Of a DNA stretch of 64,000 bases, positions 8,060 to 18,336 are shown in pieces. The position numbers and the translations under genes were made by a program. This DNA comes from Calditrichia bacterium. GTDB taxonomy: Bacteria; Calditrichota; Calditrichia; RBG-13-44-9; J075. The first letter of the stretch is position 1; each line of letters opens with the position of its first letter. The notes under the pieces were generated by a model. That model was not told where the DNA came from and made no database searches. It worked only from the letters and a program-made list of their open reading frames with translations. The stretch is taken from the NCBI GenBank assembly GCA_028284445.1, contig JANQRS010000016.1, positions 80,441 through 144,440 of the forward strand, written 5' to 3'.

Positions 8060-10866
8060 CGGCTAGAAAAAAATCTAAGAAACTGTTTCAGATTGCCAAA
8101 GAATTGAATCTCGCTTCAGAGACCATCAAAGAGTTTCTGGAGAAGAAGGGTATCTCTGTCAAAAATCCCAATATGCGGATTTCTGAGGAAATGTACGAAC
8201 TGATCCTTGAGCGTTTCTCATATGAGAAAAAAGAAGCAGAGAAGATTCAGAAGCGGCGTGAAGAACGTGAGAAAGAAGACGAGCCGGTCGTCACCGAAGA
8301 GGTGGCTGAAGTGCCTGTTGAGGCCCCTGTTGAAGAGCCTGAGCCTGTTGAAGAGCCGGAAGTTGAAGACGTCGTTGAAGCCGCTGAAGCATTGCTCGAA
8401 GAGCCAGCTGAAGAAACAGTGGAGGCTGCTGAAGAAGAAGCGCCTGCTGAAGAAGAGGTTGAAGAAGAAGCGCCTGCTGAAGAAGAGGTTGAAGAAGCAC
8501 CCGCTGAAGCAGTGGCTGAGGTTGAGACCGAGTCGCCTGTTGAGGAAGCGCCTGCTGAGGAAGCGCCTGCTGAAGTTGCTGAAGATCTGGCAGAACCGTC
8601 ACCCCAAGTTGGTGATATTATTGATCATCCGATGGCCAAGCAGTATCTCGAGCGCCAGAAGCAGGAAGAGGAAGCCCGCAAAAAGGCCAAAGAAGAGAAG
8701 GCTGAAAGTCGCAAGAGCGGTTCCGACAGTAGTGAATCCAGTGATGAGTCATCTTCGGATGCACGTGATCGTCGCAAAGGTAAGAAAAAACACCGTCGGG
8801 AATCCCAGGAAGAGAAGGATGCCAGACGTAAAAAAGCTTTTGATATGCTTCGCAAAGAGGGCAAGCGAATTCGTCCCCAGACTGTTCAGACCGAAGACGA
8901 TAGTGAAGGTGGTGCAGTTGCACCTCGCCCCGGTTCAGGACGTCGTCGGCGTGGCAAGAAGAAGAAAGAAGTTGATCAGAAGGCGGTTGATAGCGCGCTG
9001 AAGAAAACTCTCGCCGAAATGAGTGATTCCGGCACCGGTACCAAGAAGCGTCGCAAAAAAGTGAAGGTCAAGAACGAGGACGGTGAAGAGGTTGAAACCA
9101 CCGTAATCCAGGTAACTGAGTTCATTACCACTCAGGACCTTGCTAATCTGCTGGATGTGTCTTCTACGGATATTATTCGGAAATGTCTGGAGTTGGGACT
9201 GGTTGTTACAATCAATCAACGCCTGGATATGGACACAATTCGTCTACTTGCTGAAGAGTTTGAAGCAGAAGTTGAAGAAGTTGAAGAATATGCTTCGGAT
9301 TACCTGGAAGAAGTCATGGATGAAAGCGAAGGCGAAGAAGATCCACAGCCGCGTCATCCGGTTGTTACCATAATGGGTCACGTTGACCATGGTAAGACCT
9401 CATTGCTGGACCATATCCGCGATACCAACGTGGTCGCCGGTGAATCCGGTGGCATTACCCAGCACATTGGCGCCTACGAAGTTGAACTCGATGGCGGAAG
9501 AAGAATAACCTTTCTCGATACACCTGGTCACGAAGCGTTTACGGCGATGCGTGCCCGTGGTGCACAGGTAACGGATATTGTGGTGTTGGTAATTGCTGCG
9601 GATGACCGCGTGATGCCGCAGACCGAAGAAGCACTTGACCACGCCCGCGCTGCCGGTGTTTCCATTGTGATTGCCATTAACAAGGTTGATAAACCCAATA
9701 GCAATCCGGAAACAATCAAGCAGCAGCTGGCTGAACGCAATGTGCTGGTCGAAGACTGGGGCGGTAAATTCCAGTCGGTGGATGTATCCGCAAAAACCGG
9801 ACAGGGTGTGCAGGATCTGCTCGAGAAAATCCTACTTGAGGCTGAGCTGCTCGATCTTAAGGCTGATCCGAATAAGCGTGCCCGTGGTGTGGTGCTTGAA
9901 GCTCAGCTTGATAAGGGCAAGGGACCGGTTGCTACCGTTCTCGTTCAGTCCGGTAATCTGAAGCAGGGTGATAATTTCATCGCCGGTCAAAATGCCGGTA
10001 AGATTCGCGCGTTAATAAACGAGCGTGGACAGCGTGTGACCAGCGTTGGCCCATCTTCACCCATCCAGATTCTCGGATCCAGTGCGGTGCCGGAAGCGGG
10101 CGATCGCTTTATGGTGATGAAAGATGAAAAATCTGTGCGGGAAATTGCACAGCGTCGTCAACAACTGAAGCGCGAGCAGAACTTCCGTCAGGTGCGTCTC
10201 TTGACGCTCGACCAGATATCGGAACAGATTCGCACCGGAAACGTCAGCGAACTGAAGCTGATTGTGAAGGCCGACGTGGATGGCTCAGCCCAGGCGCTTG
10301 CCGATTCACTCTTGCGTCTTACCAATCAGGAAGTCGACGTGCAGGTGATTCGCAAGGCGGTTGGACCTATTGTTGAGTCGGATATCATTTTGGCGGCCGC
10401 ATCTCGTGCGATCATCATTGGTTTCCACGTCCGTCCGACTACCAAGGCGAAAGAGCTTGCCGAGGTTGAAAACGTTGATATCCGTCAGTATAAGGTTATT
10501 TATGACGCGATTGAGGATGTTGAGAAGGCCGTTGAAGGTCTGCTAAAACCAATTGAACGTGAAGTGATTCTTGGAACCGTTGAGATTCGCGAGGTGTTTA
10601 AGATTAGCCGGATCGGTTCGGTTGCCGGTTGCTACGTGCAAAGTGGCAAGATTAATCGCAACAGCCAATTGCGGTTGATTCGAAACGACGTTGAGATCTA
10701 TGATGGTAAACTCTCATCTCTGAAGCGCTTTAAGGAAGATGTTCGTGAAGTGCAAAGCGGCTATGAATGCGGTTTGACTATTGAGAACTACAACGATATC
10801 AAGGAAGGCGACATCATCGAAGTGTATGAAGTTGTCCTGGAAGCACAAACACTGAAGAAAAACTAA
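8050..10866 (+). CDS. infB: Translation initiation factor IF-2
   Basis: GHVDHGKT, DTPGHEAF and NKVD GTPase motifs; long acidic N-terminus. Confidence 0.99.
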   Translation: MAVTARKKSKKLFQIAKELNLASETIKEFLEKKGISVKNPNMRISEEMYELILERFSYEKKEAEKIQKRREEREKEDEPVVTEEVAEVPVEAPVEEPEPVEEPEVEDVVEAAEALLEEPAEETVEAAEEEAPAEEEVEEEAPAEEEVEEAPAEAVAEVETESPVEEAPAEEAPAEVAEDLAEPSPQVGDIIDHPMAKQYLERQKQEEEARKKAKEEKAESRKSGSDSSESSDESSSDARDRRKGKKKHRRESQEEKDARRKKAFDMLRKEGKRIRPQTVQTEDDSEGGAVAPRPGSGRRRRGKKKKEVDQKAVDSALKKTLAEMSDSGTGTKKRRKKVKVKNEDGEEVETTVIQVTEFITTQDLANLLDVSSTDIIRKCLELGLVVTINQRLDMDTIRLLAEEFEAEVEEVEEYASDYLEEVMDESEGEEDPQPRHPVVTIMGHVDHGKTSLLDHIRDTNVVAGESGGITQHIGAYEVELDGGRRITFLDTPGHEAFTAMRARGAQVTDIVVLVIAADDRVMPQTEEALDHARAAGVSIVIAINKVDKPNSNPETIKQQLAERNVLVEDWGGKFQSVDVSAKTGQGVQDLLEKILLEAELLDLKADPNKRARGVVLEAQLDKGKGPVATVLVQSGNLKQGDNFIAGQNAGKIRALINERGQRVTSVGPSSPIQILGSSAVPEAGDRFMVMKDEKSVREIAQRRQQLKREQNFRQVRLLTLDQISEQIRTGNVSELKLIVKADVDGSAQALADSLLRLTNQEVDVQVIRKAVGPIVESDIILAAASRAIIIGFHVRPTTKAKELAEVENVDIRQYKVIYDAIEDVEKAVEGLLKPIEREVILGTVEIREVFKISRIGSVAGCYVQSGKINRNSQLRLIRNDVEIYDGKLSSLKRFKEDVREVQSGYECGLTIENYNDIKEGDIIEVYEVVLEAQTLKKN
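8431..8490 (+). repeat. Perfect 30-bp tandem duplication inside infB
   Basis: GAAGAAGAAGCGCCTGCTGAAGAAGAGGTT twice (EEEAPAEEEV). Confidence 0.9.
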
Positions 10867-10875
10867 TTTAGTGCG

Positions 10876-11157
10876 ATGATCGTAGCCGTTTTGACTGTCG
10901 ATCTGTTCTTGCCCGGTTCTACTTCCTTGAAGGACAAACGGGCAGTAATTCGCAGCATGAAAGATCGACTTGGTAACAAGTTCAATATTTCGATTGCCGA
11001 AGTGGATTACCAGGACAAGTGGCAACGTGCCCGAATAGGGGTTGCACAGGTCGGCAGCGACTATAAGTTCCTTGAAAAGAGCATGGATACTATTTTCAAG
11101 GCGATTGACAACAACGTGGCTGCTATGGTGACTGATCACCTGATTGAATATCTCTAG
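10876..11157 (+). CDS. DUF503 (YlxP-like) protein
   Basis: 'SLKDKRAVIRS...KFNISIAEVDYQDKWQRA' signature. Confidence 0.92.
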   Translation: MIVAVLTVDLFLPGSTSLKDKRAVIRSMKDRLGNKFNISIAEVDYQDKWQRARIGVAQVGSDYKFLEKSMDTIFKAIDNNVAAMVTDHLIEYL

Positions 11158-11161
11158 CCAC

Positions 11162-11345
11162 CTGTTAATTTGAATTGAATGATTGACAGATAGGAAGACA
11201 CGAGCCGGGATAGTAAGCGAAGGCAAGATGCCTGGGGTCCCGGAAGATTGCTGAATAACGGAATACTGGTATTGAGTTAAGCGGCGATACCAATATTCCT
11301 TTATTCCTTTCTTCCGAAGCCCTCCTATTACTACGGTTTGTCCTG
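11162..11345 (+). ncRNA. Candidate structured RNA (long rod with side hairpin) upstream of rbfA
   Basis: Nested stems 11260-74/11285-99, 11253-58/11301-06, 11241-47/11310-16, 11211-16/11328-33, 11200-07/11334-41; G-U pairs favour the + strand. Confidence 0.55.
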
Positions 11346-11355
11346 GGAAGGAACC

Positions 11356-11718
11356 ATGTCAGCAAGTGTAAGACAGAGAAAAGTAGCAGACCAGGTAAAA
11401 CAGGCCGTCAGCTATGTCATCGATCGTAAAATCAAGGATCCGGACAAGGGATTTGTTACCATTACCCATGTGCGAATGAGCCGTGATTTGCAGATCGCTT
11501 CGATATATTTCACGGTGCTCGGTGAAGAAACCGAGACCGAATTGTCGCTCGCAGCGCTCAATCGAGCCAGCAATTTTATTCGTAGCGAAATTGCCCCGGA
11601 ATTGAAGTTGCGAGTTGTTCCCGAACTTCGCTTTTTCGTGGATGACACGCTGGAATACGCGCGCAAGATTGACAAGATTCTCCAAAATATCAAAAAGAAA
11701 GACGATGAAGACGAGTGA
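11356..11718 (+). CDS. rbfA: Ribosome-binding factor A
   Basis: 'VTITHVRMSRDLQIASIY...LRVVPELRFFVD'; ATG at 11356 after GAAGGA. Confidence 0.96.
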   Translation: MSASVRQRKVADQVKQAVSYVIDRKIKDPDKGFVTITHVRMSRDLQIASIYFTVLGEETETELSLAALNRASNFIRSEIAPELKLRVVPELRFFVDDTLEYARKIDKILQNIKKKDDEDE

Positions 11719-12400
11719 TTACTCAGGCGAAGCCGGCCGGATATTGACAATAGACAAGCCGGTTGACTGGACCTCATTCGATGTTGTAAACAAGATTCGG
11801 CGCTTAACCGGTATCAAGAAAGTGGGGCATGCCGGTACTCTAGATCCATTTGCCACCGGCGTTTTGCTGGTTTGCCTTGGGCGGGCTACCAAGAAGTCCT
11901 CGGAATTGATGCAAATGCAGAAAGAGTATCGCGCGTCCATTGCGCTCGGCAGCGAGACGGATACCATGGATCATACCGGGAAAGTCGTCGTTGAATCCGA
12001 CGTTCCGAAGCTTGAAAAAGGGCAGATTGAAACAGCGATCGAAGCTTTTGTTGGCGAAATAGAACAGGAAATCCCTGCTTATTCGGCAGCGAAATTCAAA
12101 GGAAAACGACTTTATCGCCTGGCCCGGGAAGGGAAGGAAGTGCCAACCCTGCACAAAAAGGTGACGATTCATGACATCGAATTGCTGGCCTTTAACGAGC
12201 GGCACATAGAAATTCGCGTCGTATGTGGCCGCGGCACCTATATTCGCACCCTGGGAAGGGACATTGCCCGGGCGTTGGATACTGCCGGTCATCTCGACAA
12301 GCTTGTGCGGACTCGGGTCGGCTCGTTTAAGATCGAAGATGCCCTGACAATAGATGAATTCCAGCAGGAATTGAAAGGTATGGAAGTAAGCGGGAAATGA
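11705..12400 (+). CDS. truB: tRNA pseudouridine(55) synthase
   Basis: 'DKPVDWTSFDVV', 'GHAGTLDPFATG', 'GTYIRTL'. Confidence 0.97.
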   Translation: MKTSDYSGEAGRILTIDKPVDWTSFDVVNKIRRLTGIKKVGHAGTLDPFATGVLLVCLGRATKKSSELMQMQKEYRASIALGSETDTMDHTGKVVVESDVPKLEKGQIETAIEAFVGEIEQEIPAYSAAKFKGKRLYRLAREGKEVPTLHKKVTIHDIELLAFNERHIEIRVVCGRGTYIRTLGRDIARALDTAGHLDKLVRTRVGSFKIEDALTIDEFQQELKGMEVSGK

Positions 12401-13320
12401 AAGTCTGCCGGCAAATCGATGATATTGGAATTACTACCGATGGCGCCGTGACGGTTGGATCATTTGATGGTGTGCACCTTGGCCATCTGGCGATATTGGA
12501 TCGTCTGAAAGGCCTGGCCAAAACAGCTGACCTGGAAACAACCGTGATTACCTTTGATCCGCATCCTCAAAAAGTAATTGGCGGGGAACGTGGGCGTGAA
12601 TTGCGGCTTTTATCAACGATCAGCGAAAAGCTGGCGGTTTTTAAGAACGAAGCGATTGACCGGGTTGTGGTGATACCGTTCACCCGCGATTTTGCCGGTA
12701 CCTCTGCAGAGCAATTTGTAAGGCGCCTGCTGGTGGAGCAACTGAAAGTGCGTGAGATGGTGGTTGGGTTTAATCACCAGTTTGGGCGCGGCCGTGAAGG
12801 AAGTTTCGAAAATCTCAGTCGCCTCGCAGGTGAAATTGGATTTAATGTGCATCAGGTAGGCCCTCGGGATGTGGATGGCGAAACCGTCAGCAGCACAGCT
12901 ATTCGTGGTTTGCTTGCGGACGGGCACATAGAGAAAGCAACCGCTTTTCTCGGCCGCCACTATGAATTGTCAGGTACTGTCATTCACGGCGATGGACGCG
13001 GTCGTCAAATTGGTTTTCCAACCGCCAATATTCAGGTGTTGGATGATCAAAAAGCTGTTCCTGGTCGCGGGGTTTATGCCGTTGACGTTTTCATCGACAA
13101 CGAGCGCTACGGCGGGATGATGAATATCGGTATCAGACCCACGTTTGAATATGATCTCTTGACTTTAGAGGTACATGTTTTTAGCTTCAATGCTGACCTC
13201 TATGGCAAAACAATAAGAATTGCTTTTAAAGCGTTTATCCGCGAAGAGAAAAAATTTTCAGGTATAGAAGACCTAAAGCGCCAGTTGGCTGAAGACAAAC
13301 TGGCCTGCGAGAAAATGTAA
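12397..13320 (+). CDS. ribF: Bifunctional riboflavin kinase/FAD synthetase
   Basis: '[10 protein letters not shown]', 'GFPTANI', 'NIGIRPT'. Confidence 0.97.
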   Translation: MKVCRQIDDIGITTDGAVTVGSFDGVHLGHLAILDRLKGLAKTADLETTVITFDPHPQKVIGGERGRELRLLSTISEKLAVFKNEAIDRVVVIPFTRDFAGTSAEQFVRRLLVEQLKVREMVVGFNHQFGRGREGSFENLSRLAGEIGFNVHQVGPRDVDGETVSSTAIRGLLADGHIEKATAFLGRHYELSGTVIHGDGRGRQIGFPTANIQVLDDQKAVPGRGVYAVDVFIDNERYGGMMNIGIRPTFEYDLLTLEVHVFSFNADLYGKTIRIAFKAFIREEKKFSGIEDLKRQLAEDKLACEKM

Positions 13321-13330
13321 CGGAGGAAAA

Positions 13331-13600
13331 ATGTCTCTGACGAAAGAAAAGACACAGGAAATTATTAACAAATTTGGCAAAGACGAAAAGGATACCGGAA
13401 GCACCGAGGTGCAGGTTGCATTGTTGACCCACCGGATCCTGCATTTGACGGACCACTTGAAAACTCATGGTGAAGATCACCACTCCCGCCGTGGCCTGTT
13501 GAAATTGGTAGGACAGCGTCGTCGTCTGTTAAACTACCTGGCGAAAAAAGATATCGAACGCTACCGCTCTTTGATCAAGGAATTGGGATTAAGAAGATAA
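13331..13600 (+). CDS. rpsO: 30S ribosomal protein S15
   Basis: '[13 protein letters not shown]...[19 protein letters not shown]'. Confidence 0.99.
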   Translation: MSLTKEKTQEIINKFGKDEKDTGSTEVQVALLTHRILHLTDHLKTHGEDHHSRRGLLKLVGQRRRLLNYLAKKDIERYRSLIKELGLRR

Positions 13601-13619
13601 ACAGGAATCGAGGCTTTTA

Positions 13620-15734
13620 ATGATCGTAAGAAAAGAGAAGGAAATCGGTGGCCGCACGCTAACGATAGAAACCGGAAGGGTTGCCAAGCTGACCAATGGC
13701 GCTGTAACCGTTCGATACGGTGATACCATGGTGCTGGTTGTTGCTACCGCTTCCAAGAAACCGAGAGAAGACATAGACTTCTTTCCTTTGTCTGTGGAAT
13801 ACCAGGAAAAAACCTATGCTGCCGGTAAAATCCCCGGTGGATTCTTCAAGAGAGAAGGGCGTCCTGGTGCCCGCGAGATTCTTAGTGCGCGCTTAATCGA
13901 TCGCCCTATCCGCCCGCTGTTTCCCAAAGGATATCGCAATGATACTCAGGTGGTTGTACTGGTTATTTCCAGTGACCGGGAAAATCCGGCAGATGTTTTG
14001 GGTGGTATCGGCGCTTCTGCTGCATTGTCCCTATCGGATATTCCCTTTGATGGTCCGGTGGCGTCAGTGCGCGTTGGAAAGATCGGCGATGAGCTGATTG
14101 TTAATCCGACAATTGACCAAATGGAAGAATGTGACATCAACCTGGTGTTGGCCGGATCGTACGACTCGATCATGATGGTGGAGGGCGAATCGCTGGAAAT
14201 CAGCGAAGCCGATATGCTGGAAGCCCTGGAATTTGGTCACGGTCACATTCGCGAGATCATCGAGCTGCAGCGTGAACTGCTGAGCGAACTTGATGTCGTG
14301 AAGATGGAAATTGCCGAACAGGAAGTGCCGGAAAATCTCGCTGAGCGGGTTGAATCCCTGGCGCTGGATAAGGTTCGTGCTGCCGCGAAAATTGCAGACA
14401 AAAAAGAGCGCGGCCTGGCCTTCTCTGCTGCTGCAGATGAAGTGAAAGAAACATTGGCTGAAGAGTTTGAAGATCATGGTAAATTGATCGGCTCGATGTT
14501 TGATGATATCAAGAAGCGCGAAGTGCGCCAAATGATGCTGAGTGAAAAAGTTCGCCTTGATGGGCGTGGTATGGATGATATTCGTCAGGTAACTTGCGAA
14601 GTTGGCTTCCTGCCGCGTGCCCACGGTTCCGCGCTGTTTACACGCGGACAAACCCAAAGTCTGGGAACCACAACTCTCGGCACCAAAGTCGATGAACAAA
14701 TTATCGATGCACTGGAAGGCGAATCGAAAAAGAGCTATATGCTTCACTATAATTTCCCTGGTTTTAGCGTTGGCGAAGCAAAGCCTTTCCGCGGCACCAG
14801 CCGTCGTGAAGTCGGTCACGGTGACCTCGCCGAACGTGCGCTGAAAACCATCCTTCCCGACGACGAAAGTTTTCCCTATACATTGCGCCTTGTCTCAGAA
14901 ATCCTCGAATCAAATGGCTCATCCTCAATGGCTACCGTTTGCTCCGGATCTCTCAGCCTGATGGATGCCGGTGTGCCGACCAAGTGTCACGTTGCCGGGA
15001 TTGCCATGGGACTGATCAAAGAAGATGACGACGTATTGGTCTTAACGGACATCCTCGGAGATGAAGATCACCTGGGTGATATGGACTTCAAAGTTGCCGG
15101 TACCCGCGACGGTATCACCGCTTTCCAAATGGATATCAAAATTGGTGGTATCACCTTTGAAATCATGACGGAAGCTTTGGAGCGCGCCCGCGTGGCTCGT
15201 AACAAGATTCTTGACGTGATGGAAAAGGCCATTGATCGTCCGCGTGCGGAGATTTCGCCTTACGCACCACGCATCCATTCCATTATGATTCCGCAAGATA
15301 AGATTGGCGCGGTGATTGGACCTGGTGGTAAGATGATTCGTCATATCGTTGATGAGTCCGGTGCCAAAATTGATATCGATGACAGTGGAATGACTATTGT
15401 TTCTGCGGTTGATGGCGAGGCGCTTGACATTGCGCTTGGCATGATCAAAGCCCTGGTTACGGACCCCGAACCGGGGACCGAATACATGGCGACTGTTAAG
15501 AAGATCATGGATTTTGGTGCCTTTGCTGAATTCCTTCCCGGTAAAGACGGGCTGATTCACATTTCCGAGCTGGACCTCAAGCGGGTCGGTAAGGTTGAAG
15601 ATGTGGTCAGCGTTGGTGATAAGCTCGAAGTTATCCTGAAGCGGGTTGACCGTGAAGGACGCTTCAACTTAAGCCGCAAGGAATACCTGCTTCGTCAGCA
15701 GGAAGCTGAAGGCAAAAACGGATCGGAAGACTAA
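13620..15734 (+). CDS. pnp: Polyribonucleotide nucleotidyltransferase
   Basis: 'GKIPGGFFKREG', 'SNGSSSMA', 'EDHLGDMDFKVAG', KH and S1 domains. Confidence 0.99.
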   Translation: MIVRKEKEIGGRTLTIETGRVAKLTNGAVTVRYGDTMVLVVATASKKPREDIDFFPLSVEYQEKTYAAGKIPGGFFKREGRPGAREILSARLIDRPIRPLFPKGYRNDTQVVVLVISSDRENPADVLGGIGASAALSLSDIPFDGPVASVRVGKIGDELIVNPTIDQMEECDINLVLAGSYDSIMMVEGESLEISEADMLEALEFGHGHIREIIELQRELLSELDVVKMEIAEQEVPENLAERVESLALDKVRAAAKIADKKERGLAFSAAADEVKETLAEEFEDHGKLIGSMFDDIKKREVRQMMLSEKVRLDGRGMDDIRQVTCEVGFLPRAHGSALFTRGQTQSLGTTTLGTKVDEQIIDALEGESKKSYMLHYNFPGFSVGEAKPFRGTSRREVGHGDLAERALKTILPDDESFPYTLRLVSEILESNGSSSMATVCSGSLSLMDAGVPTKCHVAGIAMGLIKEDDDVLVLTDILGDEDHLGDMDFKVAGTRDGITAFQMDIKIGGITFEIMTEALERARVARNKILDVMEKAIDRPRAEISPYAPRIHSIMIPQDKIGAVIGPGGKMIRHIVDESGAKIDIDDSGMTIVSAVDGEALDIALGMIKALVTDPEPGTEYMATVKKIMDFGAFAEFLPGKDGLIHISELDLKRVGKVEDVVSVGDKLEVILKRVDREGRFNLSRKEYLLRQQEAEGKNGSED

Positions 15735-15766
15735 TCCGGTTCTGAAATTGCTATAAACGACGTGCA

Positions 15767-15816
15767 AGCAATCCCCCCTGCATGTCCCCCTGGGGGGACT
15801 TTTAGGGGGGATTGCT
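15767..15816. repeat. C/G-run palindrome, copy B
   Basis: AGCAATCCCCCCTGCATGTCCCCCTGGGGGGACTTTTAGGGGGGATTGCT, just downstream of pnp. Confidence 0.85.
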
Positions 15817-15880
15817 GGTTTATGGACCTATTCCTGGTGGAAAGGTGCCAATTGCTCAGGAGCGTGATGACTTTTAGCTC

Positions 15881-16074
15881 TACCCCGAAGGGGTAATAAA
15901 TTCCAGCCCCGGGTAACACCCGGGAGACCGGATATTATTGAAATGTTTACCCTTAAGGGGTAAGAGTCGAGAGGAATCTCAACTTTTAATGACACCCTTT
16001 CAGGGTTTAAAATACGTTTCACATACGTATCCCGGGGTGTTACCCCGGGCTGACAAAGGATGCCCCTTCAGGGC
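15881..16074. repeat. REPIN/BIME-like composite inverted element
   Basis: CAGCCCCGGGTAACACCCGGGA (15904-25) inverted at 16030-52; small CCC-loop-GGG hairpins at 15881, 15948, 15994 and 16062. Confidence 0.75.
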
Positions 16075-16091
16075 AAAAAGGACCAAAGATC

Positions 16092-16682
16092 ATGTTTGAT
16101 AAAAACAGTTTCTTCAATCCCAAGCTCCTGCGCCAACTCCCGGTGACGTCATTAGCCGGTATTATCGCAACAGCCACTTTTGCGCTGCTCACAGTCGCCG
16201 GTGCGAAAATCTCGATTCCTTTTGGCGAATTGCCACTGACCCTCCAAACAGTCGCCGTATATAGCAGTGGACTATTCCTCGGTATGCGCAAAGCATTTTT
16301 GTCGCAAGTGCTCTACCTGTTTCTCGGACTTTTTGTGCCGGTATTTGCCGGCGAAGGTACCGGTCTCGAATATTTGTCGACACGAGCCTCCAGCGGTTTT
16401 CTGCTGGCTTTTCCATTTGTTGCTGCCCTGATTGGCTGGCTCTCAGCGCGCTGGCAGTCCTATCCGGGCATCGTTGGTGCAGTTCAATGCGGCTCATTGC
16501 TGCTGTTCTCGCTGGGGCTCATTTGGCTACATGTCGCCATTAACAGCAACTCTTTCTACCATACGATGTCCGTTGGATGGTTGCCCTATATTCCAATGGA
16601 TCTCTTCAAAGTATTGCTTACCGCCACCATTTTCTTCCTGGTCAGACAGCGTTTCCAAAGTCGCGAGAAAGTTAAGGCATGA
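16092..16682 (+). CDS. bioY: Biotin transporter BioY
   Basis: 'ISIPFGELPLTLQT', 'YLFLGLFVPVFAG', 'GFLLAF', 'DLFK'; about 6 TM segments. Confidence 0.88.
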   Translation: MFDKNSFFNPKLLRQLPVTSLAGIIATATFALLTVAGAKISIPFGELPLTLQTVAVYSSGLFLGMRKAFLSQVLYLFLGLFVPVFAGEGTGLEYLSTRASSGFLLAFPFVAALIGWLSARWQSYPGIVGAVQCGSLLLFSLGLIWLHVAINSNSFYHTMSVGWLPYIPMDLFKVLLTATIFFLVRQRFQSREKVKA

Positions 16683-17491
16683 GTGACCCCCTTTGCTGGC
16701 CGGCACCGCTAACATTCGGAGAACGAGACAAACAGCCATTGCTATTGCTGCATGGTTTTATGGGAAGCGGCCGGGATTGGCAGAAGCTGGCAGCTGAGCT
16801 TGCAGCCGAATTTTTCTGCATTTGCCCCGATCTCCCCGGACATGGCCAAAATCTTGCGGATAGCTACGAATGGAATATGGACAATTGTCTGCAGGCGCTG
16901 CTGAATATGCTCGATGAGATGGCTATTCCGGCAGTCCATTTGCTTGGTTATTCTATGGGCGGACGTCTGGCGCTCTACCTTGCGATACATGCCTCTCGGC
17001 GCTTCCGATCCGTAGTGCTCGAGTCTGCATCTCCTGGCCTGGAGAAACGGGAAGGGCGGCGAGAACGAATGATGAACGATCAATTGCTTGCAGCAAAGAT
17101 AAAGCGGCTCGGCATGACTCAATTCATCAATGAGTGGTATCAGTTACCCCTATTTGCCTCTCTCGCCATGCATGAAGATCTCCCGGAAATGAAGGCGCGG
17201 AGAGTCAAAAACCGCCCCAAGGCGCTCGCAAAATCACTGGCGGAGATGGGAACCGGTGCGCAACCTTCTCTCTGGCCGAAATTGGCCGATAATAAATTAC
17301 CTCTTCTTTTGCTCGTGGGTGAAAAAGATCGTAAATTCGTCTCCATCGCCAAAAAAATGGCGGTAATGGGTAATCAGATAATAGTGCGGGAAATTGCCGG
17401 CTGCGGACATAACATCCATTTTGAAAATCCGGCCGCTTTTCTGCAGGAAACGAGAACATTCTTTGATATAAATTCGCAGGAGGAAAGTTGA
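16679..17491 (+). CDS. menH: SHCHC synthase (alpha/beta hydrolase)
   Basis: 'LHGFMGS', '[10 protein letters not shown]', 'LESASPGL', 'GHNIHFE'; in the men cluster. Confidence 0.93.
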   Translation: MSDPLCWPAPLTFGERDKQPLLLLHGFMGSGRDWQKLAAELAAEFFCICPDLPGHGQNLADSYEWNMDNCLQALLNMLDEMAIPAVHLLGYSMGGRLALYLAIHASRRFRSVVLESASPGLEKREGRRERMMNDQLLAAKIKRLGMTQFINEWYQLPLFASLAMHEDLPEMKARRVKNRPKALAKSLAEMGTGAQPSLWPKLADNKLPLLLLVGEKDRKFVSIAKKMAVMGNQIIVREIAGCGHNIHFENPAAFLQETRTFFDINSQEES

Positions 17492-18312
17492 TGAGTACTG
17501 TTCAATGGCAATCTGCCGGTGATTACACCGACATTCGCTACGAAAAGGCTGAAGGCATTGCCAAGATTACAATTAATCGCCCTGAAGTGCGCAATGCATT
17601 TCGCCCATTAACCGTTAAGGAAATGATCAATGCCTTGGCGGATGCGCGTGATGACGCTGGTACTGGGGTCATTATTCTCACCGGGGAAGGCGAAAAAGCA
17701 TTCTGCTCTGGTGGCGATCAACGCGTGCGCGGCGATGCCGGATATGTAGATGATGGCGGCACCCATCGCCTCAACGTTCTGGATTTCCAGCGCCAGATTC
17801 GTACCTGTCCGAAACCGGTGATTGCCATGGTCGCAGGCTACGCGATTGGCGGTGGCCATGTTTTGCACGTCATGTGTGACTTGACCATCGCTGCCGATAA
17901 CGCTATTTTTGGTCAAACCGGACCGAAAGTCGGTTCTTTTGACGGTGGTTATGGCGCCAGTTTCCTGTCTCGCCACATCGGCCAAAAGAAGGCCCGTGAA
18001 ATTTGGTTCCTCTGCCGTCAATATGATGCCCAGGCTGCCCTTGAGATGGGTATGGTAAACACAGTAGTACCTTACGAAGATCTCGAAGCAGAGACCGTTC
18101 AATGGTGCCGCGAAATTCTTGCAAACTCTCCGATTGCCATCCGTTGCCTGAAGGCTGCCCTCAATGCCGATTGTGACGGTCAGGCCGGGCTTCAGGAATT
18201 GGCTGGCAATGCCACCATGTTGTTCTATATGACGGAAGAAGGTCAGGAAGGAAAGAACGCATTTCTTGAAAAGCGCAAGCCTGATTTCAAGAAATTCACA
18301 CGCCGTCCCTAG
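17491..18312 (+). CDS. menB: 1,4-dihydroxy-2-naphthoyl-CoA synthase
   Basis: '[11 protein letters not shown]', 'FCSGGDQ', '[13 protein letters not shown]'. Confidence 0.98.
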   Translation: MSTVQWQSAGDYTDIRYEKAEGIAKITINRPEVRNAFRPLTVKEMINALADARDDAGTGVIILTGEGEKAFCSGGDQRVRGDAGYVDDGGTHRLNVLDFQRQIRTCPKPVIAMVAGYAIGGGHVLHVMCDLTIAADNAIFGQTGPKVGSFDGGYGASFLSRHIGQKKAREIWFLCRQYDAQAALEMGMVNTVVPYEDLEAETVQWCREILANSPIAIRCLKAALNADCDGQAGLQELAGNATMLFYMTEEGQEGKNAFLEKRKPDFKKFTRRP

Positions 18313-18336
18313 ATTGACAAATGAGGCAGGAGCAAG

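Noticed and set aside
8207..9001. Lys/Arg/Leu-rich alternative-frame ORF within infB
   Set aside because: A frame-shifted reading of the GAA-rich low-complexity IF-2 N-terminus.
11230..11255. GGTCCCGGAAG resembling the SRP RNA loop
   Set aside because: The conserved CAGG...GGAA...AGCAG domain IV context is missing, so it is not called ffs.
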